A DNA stretch of 64,000 bases, taken from positions 6,170 to 70,169 of the forward strand of contig SKTZ01000014.1 of NCBI GenBank assembly GCA_007122335.1, written 5' to 3'. Source of the DNA: Bacillota bacterium (GTDB lineage Bacteria > Bacillota > Halanaerobiia > B1SED10-174). The position numbers were made by a program, and so were the translations under genes. Positions 20,783 to 30,386 of the stretch are shown here, piece after piece; position 1 is the first letter of the stretch; the number at the start of each line of letters is the position of its first letter. The notes below the pieces were generated by a model that did no database searches, was not told the origin of the DNA, and saw only the letters and a list, made by a program, of their open reading frames with translations.

Positions 20783-21490
20783 TATATTAAAATATTGCCA
20801 GCCGACTGCATACAAAGTCAGAACTGCTTTGACTAAGGAGAGATAAATAACTCCTGGCCAGAGGCTTTCCCGGCTGGTGTAACAATAATAAAGACCCAGG
20901 CCCAGAAGAAAATGAAAAAGAAGCCATCCAGGGTGCAGACCTGCCCAGACGATTGCAAAAAAAGCTGAACTGAGGGCAGCTGCACCAAAGGTTCCCAATT
21001 TACGGTGGAAATAGCTTGCTATTATTCCGCGGAAATACAGCTCTGTACCCAGTGCTGGAAGGAAAAACAATGTTGTGAAAAGGACCAGGTAGAGCAGGGA
21101 AGTTGTAAGCTGTTCCGCGTCAGTAATATAATAAAGGGGAGAAAAATTCAGGGAACTCTCTCGAGCAGCTAGGGGAAAATTAATCAGAAAAACGGCAAGC
21201 AAAATGAGAGGGATCCCAAGTTTCAATCCAAGAATAGTTCCACTTTTCAGTTTTTCTAATGTTAATCCAAGGTAAGGTGGAGGGACTTCATAAAGGAAAA
21301 ATAACCAGAAAAAAACAACTGCTAAAAACACCAGTTGCCCTCCTACTGGGAGCAGGAAGTTTAAAAAACTGTCCCCGGTAACCAGGACCTCCTGGCTCCA
21401 GCGAATTGCTTCCCGTAAAAGATAAAAAATAAATTGTAGGATAATTATATCTTTAATATTCCAGAGCGAATGTTTAGCTTTTTTGGCCAT
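20780..21490 (-). CDS. CPBP-family intramembrane glutamic endopeptidase (CAAX protease-like)
   Basis: 236-aa polytopic membrane protein with EL..R (TELYFRG) and FxxxH (FFAIVWAGLH) motifs characteristic of the Abi/CPBP family. Confidence 0.75.
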   Translation of the reverse strand: MAKKAKHSLWNIKDIIILQFIFYLLREAIRWSQEVLVTGDSFLNFLLPVGGQLVFLAVVFFWLFFLYEVPPPYLGLTLEKLKSGTILGLKLGIPLILLAVFLINFPLAARESSLNFSPLYYITDAEQLTTSLLYLVLFTTLFFLPALGTELYFRGIIASYFHRKLGTFGAAALSSAFFAIVWAGLHPGWLLFHFLLGLGLYYCYTSRESLWPGVIYLSLVKAVLTLYAVGWQYFNI

Positions 21491-21594
21491 TTTTTCACCT
21501 CAAAAAGAAGCTTAGACATCGGGGGTGGATTTCCCTTCTGAAAAGGACTTTTTAATAGCCATGTGGAAATAATTATTCAAAGGAGAAGGGTGCT

Positions 21595-22380
21595 ATGTTC
21601 TGGACTTCAGCAATCAGAGATATTATTGATGTTTTGATTGTGGCCTATATGTTCTATCGACTTATTTTACTTATCAAAGGGACGAGAGCGGTAGAGCTTC
21701 TTAAAGGTCTTGTTTTGCTATTTATTACTGCATTGCTAAGTGACCGGTTGGGTTTTACAACCATTAGCTGGATTCTACGAAATGTAATGACCTTTTTAGT
21801 TGTTGCTCTACCAATTGTTTTCCAGCCAGAGCTTAGAAGAGCCCTTGAACACCTCGGAAGAGGCAGGTTTTTCAATCCGGTAGCCGTGGACCGGGAAAAA
21901 ACGAGCCGAGAAATTTCTTCTGCAGCCTTCCGTTTATCGGAAAAGGGATGGGGAGGAATTATTGTTATCGAGAGAGAAACAGGTCTTAAAGATTTTATTG
22001 AAGAGGGTACCATTCTGGATAGCGTTATTTCAACCGAACTGCTTATTGGAATTTTTTCTCCTCAAAATCCTCTCCACGATGGGGCGGTAATTATTAGTGA
22101 TGGGAGAATTAAGGCTGCGTCCTGTGTTCTTCCCCTGGCTGAAACCAGCAAATTAAAAGGTTCTCTTGGCACCAGACATAGAGCTGGAATTGGAATTACC
22201 GAACACTCTGATGCCCTGGCTCTGGTTATTTCTGAAGAAACGGGAACTGTTAGCCTTATCGATTCTGGGAGGATGAGAAGATTCTTCGACCAGGATAGTT
22301 TACAGGAAAAGCTGCAGAGAGAAATGAAAAGAGTATTCGATGAAAAGAATATTTTTCGCCAGTGGAGGGTAAACGTATGA
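21595..22380 (+). CDS. cdaA: diadenylate cyclase CdaA (c-di-AMP synthase)
   Basis: 261-aa ORF with N-terminal TM helices and a DAC domain (DGAVIISDGRIKAASCVLPL, TRHRAGIGITE). Classic cdaA-cdaR-glmM neighbourhood. Confidence 0.92.
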   Translation: MFWTSAIRDIIDVLIVAYMFYRLILLIKGTRAVELLKGLVLLFITALLSDRLGFTTISWILRNVMTFLVVALPIVFQPELRRALEHLGRGRFFNPVAVDREKTSREISSAAFRLSEKGWGGIIVIERETGLKDFIEEGTILDSVISTELLIGIFSPQNPLHDGAVIISDGRIKAASCVLPLAETSKLKGSLGTRHRAGIGITEHSDALALVISEETGTVSLIDSGRMRRFFDQDSLQEKLQREMKRVFDEKNIFRQWRVNV

Positions 22381-22760
22381 CTGAGGATAGGAAGCTTAAA
22401 CTAACCGCCCTATTACTGGCTCTTCTTCTTTGGTTTTATGTCAGTGGTCCGGGCTGGCCTTTTCCCGGGCTGGTTGAAACTGAACCCGGAAGAACAGTTG
22501 TCAGTATATCGCTGGAAACAGTAAATATCCCTGAAAACCTTGAGGTCAATGCTCTCCCGGAAAAGGTCAGGGTCGGTTTAATCACTCCCGAATCCCCAGA
22601 AGAAGAAATCAGTGAACTATTAAACGCGTACCTTGATTTTGAGCATGTTGTCCCCGGGGTTTACTTGCTACCAGTGGTGCTAGATCATCCCCGGGAGTGG
22701 GAAATTGACTTTATTTCCCCTCAGAGTATTCAGGTGGATGTTCGGGAAGGAAATCAGTAA
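22362..22760 (+). CDS. cdaR: CdaR/YbbR-like protein (unusually short)
   Basis: 132-aa ORF overlapping cdaA by 19 nt. It has a TM helix near the N-terminus (LTALLLALLLWFYV) followed by about 90 aa. It is much shorter than typical 300-480-aa CdaR regulators. Confidence 0.5.
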   Translation: MEGKRMTEDRKLKLTALLLALLLWFYVSGPGWPFPGLVETEPGRTVVSISLETVNIPENLEVNALPEKVRVGLITPESPEEEISELLNAYLDFEHVVPGVYLLPVVLDHPREWEIDFISPQSIQVDVREGNQ

Positions 22761-22993
22761 TCTGGTTTATATCCCGGGATTTTCTGTCCTTGGTTAATTA
22801 ATTTCCAGACCTGAGAAAAAGGGTTCGCCAAAGAAAATTCGAAGTTATTGGGGATAAAGGAAAAAGCTTTCTGCCCGGGTTCAGAGGGAGAAACAAAATC
22901 TTTTTGGGTTCCCGCTGGTTAATTGATTTTATTTGGCGGGTATTTTTTCCGCCTATTACCCCTATGTAATATTAAATTTTTAGAAAGGGTGAT

Positions 22994-24343
22994 TTGATCT
23001 TGCCTTCAATATTTGGAACTGATGGAGTTCGTGGAGTTGCCAACAGGGAATTAACTCCTGAGCTTGCATTAAAATTAGGCCTCGCAGGAGGCAGATACTT
23101 ATTAGATAAGCAAATAAATCCGGGCAGGGGAAAAGTTTTAATAGGTCGAGATACCCGGCTTTCGGGAGATATGCTGGAATCTGCTCTCGTTGCAGGACTA
23201 ACTGCTGCGGGTTTGGATGTCCACCTCGGGGGGATTTTGCCTACCCCAGCAGTTGCCTACCTAACACGAACAGAAGATTTCTCTGGCGGGATCATGATTT
23301 CCGCTTCCCATAATCCAATTGCAGATAATGGGATCAAATTTTTTAATGCTGATGGGAACAAATTAACCGATAAACAGGAAAACCAAATCGAAACCTATCT
23401 GGAAAACGGTGAAAAATATGCCCGGCCTGAAGGCGAAGAGGTGGGTAAAAAAAGAGAAGCATTCCAGTTAAAAGAAAAGTACATGAATTTTTTGTGCAGC
23501 AAGGCTAATGGAGATTTTACTGGATATAAAGTTGTTCTGGATACCGCCTACGGGGCTGCATGGGAAATAGCTCCCCGGGTCTGGGAACTGCTTGGCGCAG
23601 ATGTTATCAGTCTCCACGATTCTCCTGCAGGAGAAAAAATTAACCATCAATGTGGCTCAACTTATCCCCAGGTAATCAGGGAAATCATCCTGGAAGCGGG
23701 AGCAGATTTTGGTTTTGCTTTTGATGGAGATGCCGACAGGGTAATTGCCATTGATGAAGAAGGCAACGAACTTGACGGTGATTTTATTATGGCTATTTGT
23801 GGTTGTCACCTATTAAAAACCGGGAGACTCGCTAACAGAACCTTAGTGGCAACCAAGTACAGTAACCAGGGCCTAAAAGAAGCTCTACAAAAAGAGGGGG
23901 GAGAGTTACTCCTCACTCAGAATGGTGATCGCTACGTTTTTGAGGCTCTAAAAGGGAAAAAATTAAATCTGGGAGGTGAAAAATCAGGTCATATAATTTT
24001 CCTTGAAGAAAATACTACAGGAGATGGTCTCCTTACCTCAATTATGCTCGCAAATGTGATATCTTCTGAGCATGATAAGCTTTCACAGCTGGCAAAGGTA
24101 ATGAAACCCTGGCCCCAGTTGTTAAGAAATGTTGAGGTTAAGGACAAAGGTTGGAAAGACAACCTGAAAATTCAGGAAGTGATTAAGAGGTCAGAAAATA
24201 CTCTGGGTGACCGGGGCCGAATTTTGGTCCGGGCATCGGGAACTGAACCCGTAATTAGAGTGATGGTGGAAGGAAAAGACGAAAAAATTCTTGGGAAAAT
24301 TCTGAATGGTGTTGTTGGGGTAATTGAAAAAGAACTCGGTTAA
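22994..24343 (+). CDS. glmM: phosphoglucosamine mutase
   Basis: 449-aa ORF with an active-site serine loop (SASHNP), GTDGVRG and FDGDADR motifs. Confidence 0.93.
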   Translation: MILPSIFGTDGVRGVANRELTPELALKLGLAGGRYLLDKQINPGRGKVLIGRDTRLSGDMLESALVAGLTAAGLDVHLGGILPTPAVAYLTRTEDFSGGIMISASHNPIADNGIKFFNADGNKLTDKQENQIETYLENGEKYARPEGEEVGKKREAFQLKEKYMNFLCSKANGDFTGYKVVLDTAYGAAWEIAPRVWELLGADVISLHDSPAGEKINHQCGSTYPQVIREIILEAGADFGFAFDGDADRVIAIDEEGNELDGDFIMAICGCHLLKTGRLANRTLVATKYSNQGLKEALQKEGGELLLTQNGDRYVFEALKGKKLNLGGEKSGHIIFLEENTTGDGLLTSIMLANVISSEHDKLSQLAKVMKPWPQLLRNVEVKDKGWKDNLKIQEVIKRSENTLGDRGRILVRASGTEPVIRVMVEGKDEKILGKILNGVVGVIEKELG

Positions 24344-24344
24344 T

Positions 24345-24505
24345 CAAGCGCCTGGTCTTGGCTCAAGCCAAGTTGACGAGGTAGAGGTTTATCGAATTAT
24401 CGGCGGATGCCTCTAGGCCTGCTACCGGTCTTGAGCCAGTCTTTAAAACTTGCAAGTGATTGTAAGGCAAAGAGGCTGGTAGGTGGCTAAAGCAGTTGAA
24501 TGGAA
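24345..24505 (+). ncRNA. glmS leader: glmS ribozyme (GlcN6P-responsive self-cleaving riboswitch)
   Basis: Core sequence ...AAGCGCCUGG...GCUCAAGCCAAGUUGACGAGGUAGAGGUUUAUCGAAUUAUCGGCGGAUGCCUCU... matches the conserved glmS ribozyme core (GUUGACGAGG..UUAUCGAAUU.UCGGCGGAUGCCUCC). It lies directly upstream of glmS. Confidence 0.9.
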
Positions 24506-24517
24506 GGGGAGAAGTTA

Positions 24518-26341
24518 ATGTGTGGAATAGTTGGATATATAGGGCCTAAAGGGGCCGTTCCAATATTGCTTGAAGGTTTGAAAAAACTGGAGTACCGTGG
24601 TTATGATTCTGCTGGAATTGCGGTAATTGAAGATAAAAACCTTGAGCTTCGTAAAGCAGAAGGGAAACTAAAGGTCCTAGATGATAAACTCAGCCTGGAA
24701 AAATTTAAGGGAAATATTGGACTTGGGCATACCCGCTGGGCAACTCATGGCAGGCCTTCAGATGAAAATGCACACCCTCACCAGGATTGTGGGGGAAAAC
24801 TGGCCCTGGTTCATAACGGGATAATCGAAAACTTCCAGGAAATAAAAAGGAATCTTGAAAAAGAAGGACATACCTTTTCTTCGGAAACGGATACGGAAGT
24901 TGTGGTGCACCTGGTTGAAAAATTCTTTTCGGGAAATCTTTCCGAAGCAGTGCAGAAGGCGACAGCCCTACTTGAAGGTTCTTATGCAATTGCTGTAATC
25001 AACCAGGAGAACCCCGATCAAATTGTAGCTTACCGCCAGGACAGTCCCCTTATTCTGGGAATAGGCGAAGGAGAATATTATCTTGCGTCAGATATTCCGG
25101 CCCTTTTACCTTATACCCGCAGAGTAATAATCCTGGAGGACGGTGAAATGGTGGAATTGAACCGGGAAAACTATAGGGTTATTGGCCCTGGTGGAGAACT
25201 GCTGAATAAGGAAATTGAAGAAATAGACTGGGACCTGGAAATGGCCGAGAAAAAAGGTTTTCCGCATTACATGTTAAAAGAAATTCATGAGCAACCTGAT
25301 GTTATGCGGCAATTGCTGGAAAAGCCTCTTAGGGGGAGCGAAATCGAACTTCCGGAAATTGATGCCATTCTCAAGAGCCAGGAGAAAATCGAGAAAATTT
25401 TTATTGTGGCCTGTGGAACCGCATATCACTCGGGTTTAATTGGTAAAGCCTTATTGGAAAAGGCAACCGGGATTCCCGTGGAAGTTGATATGGCGTCTGA
25501 ATTCCGTTATCGTTCTCCTCTGATTGGAGAAAATTCCCTTGTTATTGTGGTCAGCCAGTCGGGAGAAACGGCTGATACGCTGGCAGCTCTCCGCCATGCC
25601 CGGGATAAAAGAGCAAAAACCTTAGGAATAGTAAATGTCCAGGGCAGTACAATAGCCAGGGAGGCAGACCAGTTATTATTAATAGAAGCAGGGCTGGAGA
25701 TTGCTGTTGCTTCTACCAAAGCCTATTTAAATATGCTGACTGCTTTTAACCTCCTTGCCCTTAAAATGGGTGATGGTGATATCGCCGGGAATGAAAATGG
25801 CGAATTGCTTCATCTTCTAAGAGAAATACCTGCTCAGGTGGAAAAAACCCTGCTCAGGATGGAGAAGCCAGTTCGCAAAGCGGCAGAGTATATCAAAAAC
25901 TGGGATAATGCTTTTTTTGTGGGGAGGGGGCTGGATTTCAGCCTTGCCCTGGAAGGGGCTTTGAAATTAAAAGAAATTTCATATATTCACGCCGAGGCCT
26001 ATGCAGCAGGGGAATTAAAACATGGAACCCTGGCCTTAATCGAGGAAGGAATTCCCGTTGTTGCCCTCCTAACCCAGGAGAGCCTTTTAGAGAAGATGAT
26101 TAGCAATATCCAGGAAATCAGAGCCCGTGGTGGCTATGTATTTGGTATTACTCAGGACAGATTTGCTTCCCGCGTGGCAGAGGAAGTTGATTTCCTTTTT
26201 AAAATACCCAATACTGCTGATATTTTTGCTCCTCTGCTGGGAACTGTTCCCCTGCAACTACTCTCCTATTTCACAGCGGATTTCCGGGATTGCCCGATAG
26301 ATCAACCCCGGAATCTGGCAAAAAGCGTTACAGTTGAATGA
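24518..26341 (+). CDS. glmS: glutamine--fructose-6-phosphate aminotransferase
   Basis: The true start is MCGIVGY (Cys nucleophile) at 24518; the ORF track starts upstream at 24500. GATase-2 and two SIS domains are present. Confidence 0.95.
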   Translation: MCGIVGYIGPKGAVPILLEGLKKLEYRGYDSAGIAVIEDKNLELRKAEGKLKVLDDKLSLEKFKGNIGLGHTRWATHGRPSDENAHPHQDCGGKLALVHNGIIENFQEIKRNLEKEGHTFSSETDTEVVVHLVEKFFSGNLSEAVQKATALLEGSYAIAVINQENPDQIVAYRQDSPLILGIGEGEYYLASDIPALLPYTRRVIILEDGEMVELNRENYRVIGPGGELLNKEIEEIDWDLEMAEKKGFPHYMLKEIHEQPDVMRQLLEKPLRGSEIELPEIDAILKSQEKIEKIFIVACGTAYHSGLIGKALLEKATGIPVEVDMASEFRYRSPLIGENSLVIVVSQSGETADTLAALRHARDKRAKTLGIVNVQGSTIAREADQLLLIEAGLEIAVASTKAYLNMLTAFNLLALKMGDGDIAGNENGELLHLLREIPAQVEKTLLRMEKPVRKAAEYIKNWDNAFFVGRGLDFSLALEGALKLKEISYIHAEAYAAGELKHGTLALIEEGIPVVALLTQESLLEKMISNIQEIRARGGYVFGITQDRFASRVAEEVDFLFKIPNTADIFAPLLGTVPLQLLSYFTADFRDCPIDQPRNLAKSVTVE

Positions 26342-26353
26342 GGTGGTTCAACA

Positions 26354-26737
26354 TTGATTGAAGGTATTGGTGTTGATATAGTTTCGGTAGAGAGGATTAA
26401 TTTGGTTTATAAAAAACATGGTAACAGATTCCTGCAGAAAATTTTCACTCCAGGAGAAATTGAGTACTGTAAAACAAAGAAAAAACCTGCTGAGCACTTT
26501 GCTGCAAGATTTGCGGCTAAAGAAGCCCTGGCGAAAGCATTAAATACTGCCAAAAAACCCGGGTGGCAGCAGGTTGAAATCCTGCCGGGTAATGATGGAC
26601 CGGAAATAAAAATAAAAGAGAGCTTTTTGGACCCTGATTTGGATATTAAACTATCAATGTCCCACGAACGAAGGTGGGCGGTAGCCATGGTTATAATCTC
26701 TAAGGAGGTTGGGAAAAGTGAAACTGGTAACCGGTGA
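26354..26737 (+). CDS. acpS: holo-[acyl-carrier-protein] synthase
   Basis: 127-aa ORF with the MIEGIGVDIVSVERI N-terminus typical of AcpS. Confidence 0.9.
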   Translation: MIEGIGVDIVSVERINLVYKKHGNRFLQKIFTPGEIEYCKTKKKPAEHFAARFAAKEALAKALNTAKKPGWQQVEILPGNDGPEIKIKESFLDPDLDIKLSMSHERRWAVAMVIISKEVGKSETGNR

Positions 26738-28259
26738 AGTAATGGCAGAAATTGATCGCCGAACAATTGAAGAAGCCGGGATTCCGGGGACAATACTCAT
26801 GGAAAAAGCAGGCCAGGGGGTTGCTGACAAAGCAATTTCAATGCTCGGGCCAGAGGAAAAAAGGATTATGATTATCTGTGGGACAGGTAATAATGGAGGA
26901 GATGGTTTTGTAGCTGCACGAATTCTTGCTCACAGAGGGTATCTTGTTCATGTTTTTCTGGTTGGAAGTATTCCTCAAGAGGGAGAGGCGGCATTAAATT
27001 ACAATATTCTCAGTAATATTGGGTTGGAGGTAATCGACCTGAAAGATGCTGAGACTCTCTGGCAGGTTACCAGGGAGAGGGAATATGATCTGATAATTGA
27101 TGCTTTGCTGGGAACAGGGCTTAAAGGAGAAGTTCGGGGACTGGCTGAAGAAGCAATTAGCTTTATAAATAGTCATGAAATCCCGGTTCTAAGCGTAGAT
27201 ATCCCCTCCGGCCTGGATAGCAGCAGCGGAAAAATTCTGGGGCAGGCAGTTGAAGCCAATGTAACTGTAACTTTTGGATTGCCGAAAGTGGGGCTCCAGG
27301 TTTACCCGGGTTGTGTTTACAGCGGAGAGGTCGAGATAATCGATATTGGCATTCCCCATTACATTACCGAAGAAGCTGAAACCAGTGCAGTAATGCTTGA
27401 AGAAAACTGGGCCTCACAGCATTATCCTTTTCGGTCAATAGAAGCTTATAAGGGTAGTTGTGGGAGAATATTTATTGTTGGTGGATCCCGGGGCATGACA
27501 GGAGCCCCTCTGCTTGCTGCCCAGGCGGCTTTCCGCTCCGGAGCTGGAGTGGTTACCCTGGGGGTTCCGGCCAGCCTTAACGATATTATTGAAATTAAGG
27601 CCACAGAGGTTATAAGCTGTCCTCTTCCCGAGAGCACTCCCGGCCTTCTTGGTAGTGCAGCCCTTCCTGTAATTATGGATAGAGCCCAAAACAATGATTT
27701 CCTTGTCCTGGGGCCGGGATTGGGGCGAGGCAAAGAAATTGAGCGGCTTGTTGAGGGTATGCTTAAAGAAAGCAACCTTCCGATAATTCTGGACGCTGAC
27801 GGAATAAATTCGCTTCCAGGGCCCCAGATATTAAAAGATCGTCGGGCCCGGACCATACTCACCCCCCATTATGGAGAAATGGCCAGACTTTTAGGGGTTT
27901 CCAAAGAAGAGGTACTTACCGCTCCTTTTGAAATAGCCAGGTCGTTTGCCCAACAATGGGAAGTTATTCTGGTCTTAAAAGGTCCTCACAGCCTGGTTGC
28001 TCTTCCGGACGGGAATATGTATGTTAATACTTCTGGCAATCCCGGGCTGGCAACGGCAGGTTCGGGGGATGTTTTAACTGGAGTTATTGCCGGTATCATG
28101 GGGCAGACCCTTTCTCTGACGGAAGCAGTAGCAATGGGAGTTTATCTGCATGGGAAATCCGGTGATCTGGCTGTAGAACAAAAGGGGATATATGGAATTA
28201 ATGCTGGAGACCTGGTAGAGTTCCTACCGCAGGCCTGGAAAGTCATACAGGAGGGTTGA
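26709..28259 (+). CDS. nnr: bifunctional NAD(P)H-hydrate epimerase / ADP-dependent dehydratase
   Basis: 516-aa ORF with an N-terminal YjeF-N domain (CGTGNNGGDG) and a C-terminal carbohydrate-kinase-like dehydratase domain (GGSRGMTGAPLLAA..., GSGDVLTG). Confidence 0.88.
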   Translation: MGKVKLVTGEVMAEIDRRTIEEAGIPGTILMEKAGQGVADKAISMLGPEEKRIMIICGTGNNGGDGFVAARILAHRGYLVHVFLVGSIPQEGEAALNYNILSNIGLEVIDLKDAETLWQVTREREYDLIIDALLGTGLKGEVRGLAEEAISFINSHEIPVLSVDIPSGLDSSSGKILGQAVEANVTVTFGLPKVGLQVYPGCVYSGEVEIIDIGIPHYITEEAETSAVMLEENWASQHYPFRSIEAYKGSCGRIFIVGGSRGMTGAPLLAAQAAFRSGAGVVTLGVPASLNDIIEIKATEVISCPLPESTPGLLGSAALPVIMDRAQNNDFLVLGPGLGRGKEIERLVEGMLKESNLPIILDADGINSLPGPQILKDRRARTILTPHYGEMARLLGVSKEEVLTAPFEIARSFAQQWEVILVLKGPHSLVALPDGNMYVNTSGNPGLATAGSGDVLTGVIAGIMGQTLSLTEAVAMGVYLHGKSGDLAVEQKGIYGINAGDLVEFLPQAWKVIQEG

Positions 28260-29395
28260 AGAAAAAGATGAACTTAATTAACCGACCAGTCTGGGTTGAA
28301 ATCAACACGAAAAAATATGCTTACAATCTCCAACAGGTAAGGGAAAGAATTGGCGAGGGACCACTGATTATGGCTGTTGTAAAGGCGGATGCTTATGGGC
28401 ATGGTAGTTTGCCTATGGCAGAACAGGCAGTAAAAGCAGGGGCCGACCGTTTGGGCGTGGCCCTTGTTGAAGAGGGAGTGGAACTGCGTCAGGGAGGAAT
28501 AGAAGTCCCAATTCAGGCCATGAGCGGGTTTCTTCCCGCTCAAATTGAGGCTGCCCTTGAGCATGATATTATTCTGACCATTGGAAATGAAGTTATAGCA
28601 GGAGAGGTAGCGAAAAAGGCTCGTTCTCTGGGAAAAAGGGCAGTTGTTCACGTAAAAGTTGATACCGGAATGGGCAGACTGGGACCTTTGCCCGACAAGG
28701 CAATTGGTCTTGCCCGAAAAGTCAGCAAAATGGAGGGAATAAAACTTGAGGGGTTAATGTCCCACATGTCTTCTGCGGATGAACCGGATAAAGCATATTC
28801 TCAAGAGCAATTCCGGCGTTTCCAGGAAGTGATTTCTGGTCTTAAGGGTCAGGGATTAGAGGTGCCTCTATGCCATATTGCCAACAGTGCTACAATTATT
28901 GATCTCCCGGAAATGGCCCTGGATATGGTTCGACCCGGCATAATGAGTTACGGCTTATGGCCTTCAGGGGATGTCAATAAGAAGGAAATTTCTTTACAGC
29001 CAGTCCTGCAGTGGAAGGCAAGACTGGTTCAGGTGAAAGAAATGCCTCCCGGGAGTTTTATAAGTTATGGTCGAACTTATGAAACTGCCAGGGAGCAAAA
29101 GCTTGCTTTACTTCCCCTTGGTTACGCCGATGGCTTCAATCGTCTTTTATCAAATAATGGAGAGGTTTTAATTAGAGGACAAAGAGCTCCTGTTCGGGGA
29201 AGGGTTTGCATGGACCAGGTTGTGGTGGATGTTTCAGCCATCCCCGGGGCAGAGGTTGGAGACGAGGTTGTGATCATTGGGAAACAGGGTGAACAGGAAA
29301 TAACAGTTGATGAGATTGCCCAAAAAATTAATACCATTAATTACGAAGTTGTTTGCATGATAAATAAAAGAGTTCCCAGATTTTTGCAATCATAG
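28256..29395 (+). CDS. alr: alanine racemase
   Basis: 379-aa ORF with the PLP-binding Lys motif AVVKADAYGHG and the C-terminal Alr domain. Confidence 0.92.
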   Translation: MKKKMNLINRPVWVEINTKKYAYNLQQVRERIGEGPLIMAVVKADAYGHGSLPMAEQAVKAGADRLGVALVEEGVELRQGGIEVPIQAMSGFLPAQIEAALEHDIILTIGNEVIAGEVAKKARSLGKRAVVHVKVDTGMGRLGPLPDKAIGLARKVSKMEGIKLEGLMSHMSSADEPDKAYSQEQFRRFQEVISGLKGQGLEVPLCHIANSATIIDLPEMALDMVRPGIMSYGLWPSGDVNKKEISLQPVLQWKARLVQVKEMPPGSFISYGRTYETAREQKLALLPLGYADGFNRLLSNNGEVLIRGQRAPVRGRVCMDQVVVDVSAIPGAEVGDEVVIIGKQGEQEITVDEIAQKINTINYEVVCMINKRVPRFLQS

Positions 29396-29668
29396 AGCTG
29401 AGAAGGCTATTTAAGCTCATTTTTCAAATTGGGGTTGTAAGGGTGATGAATATCAAGATAATACTATAAAAAAGGAGGAAATTCCGCCGGGCTAAAAATT
29501 TTGCCACTATTTAACGGATTACCGGCAGGAGTATTTTCTTCGATGTATAAAAGAATATATATCATTAGCTATATCTTTTTGTCTCCTGTAAAAACAATCG
29601 ATTTTTAATTGTAGAAATTGTGTTCCTTATTGTTTCACCAAAACAAATCGGACCGGGAGGAGATTGTT

Positions 29669-29962
29669 ATGGATAATTTGAAGCGGGTGATGGTCAGCCT
29701 GCCCGAGAGTTTACTGGATGAAGTGGACTGGCTTGTGCAGCAGGAAAGCTGGAACAGGAGCCAGTTTATCCGGGAAGCAATGAAGCTGTATCTGGCTGAT
29801 CTTCGCCGGCGAGAACTTCGGGAAGAGATGAAACGGGGCTATGAGGAAATGGCAGATTTTAATCTCCAAGTTGCTCACGAGCATAATTGTAAAGATGAGC
29901 TGAATATTTTGGAGAAATACGAACAAGGCCTGGTGGATGGCGATGGCAGTCGTGGTTCGTAG
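29669..29962 (+). CDS. ndoAI: EndoAI/MazE-like ribbon-helix-helix antitoxin
   Basis: Start taken at ATG 29669, after a GGGAGG ribosome-binding site ([20 protein letters not shown]... is an RHH motif). It overlaps the downstream toxin gene. The alr-antitoxin-toxin arrangement matches B. subtilis alr-ndoAI-ndoA. Confidence 0.8.
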   Translation: MDNLKRVMVSLPESLLDEVDWLVQQESWNRSQFIREAMKLYLADLRRRELREEMKRGYEEMADFNLQVAHEHNCKDELNILEKYEQGLVDGDGSRGS

Positions 29963-30299
29963 AGGCGACGTTTTTTACGCGGACCTGAATCCGGTAATCG
30001 GGTCCGAGCAGGGAGGGGTTAGGCCCGTCCTTGTGGTTCAAAATGATATTGGTAATAAGTACAGCCCCACCGTTATTATAGCGGCTATTACTTCCCGGAT
30101 TAAAAAAGCAAAGCTTCCAACTCATGTAGAAATAAAAACACATGAGAGTAATCTGGAGGTTGATTCAGTTATTCTCCTGGAACAGGTCCGGACAATCGAT
30201 AAAAAAAGATTGCAACGCCAGGTTGCTCATCTTGATCCTGAGATTATGAGCAAAGTAAATACCGCTCTGGAAATTAGCCTGGGTTTAATCGATTTATGA
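29943..30299 (+). CDS. ndoA: EndoA/MazF-family mRNA interferase toxin
   Basis: [60 protein letters not shown]... is highly similar to B. subtilis EndoA (MazF/PemK fold). Confidence 0.9.
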   Translation: MAVVVRRGDVFYADLNPVIGSEQGGVRPVLVVQNDIGNKYSPTVIIAAITSRIKKAKLPTHVEIKTHESNLEVDSVILLEQVRTIDKKRLQRQVAHLDPEIMSKVNTALEISLGLIDL

Positions 30300-30386
30300 A
30301 CCTTGAGTTTTTTGCTTGAGGTTTATATTTTTGTTTGGGGATTAAAAAGAAAAGATAAACCAGCTTGATTTTTTTATTTTCAATTA

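Noticed and set aside
30300-30345. Possible terminator after the toxin gene (cttgag ... cttgagg)
   Set aside because: The two arms are direct repeats, not inverted, so no stable hairpin forms. It is not a rho-independent terminator.
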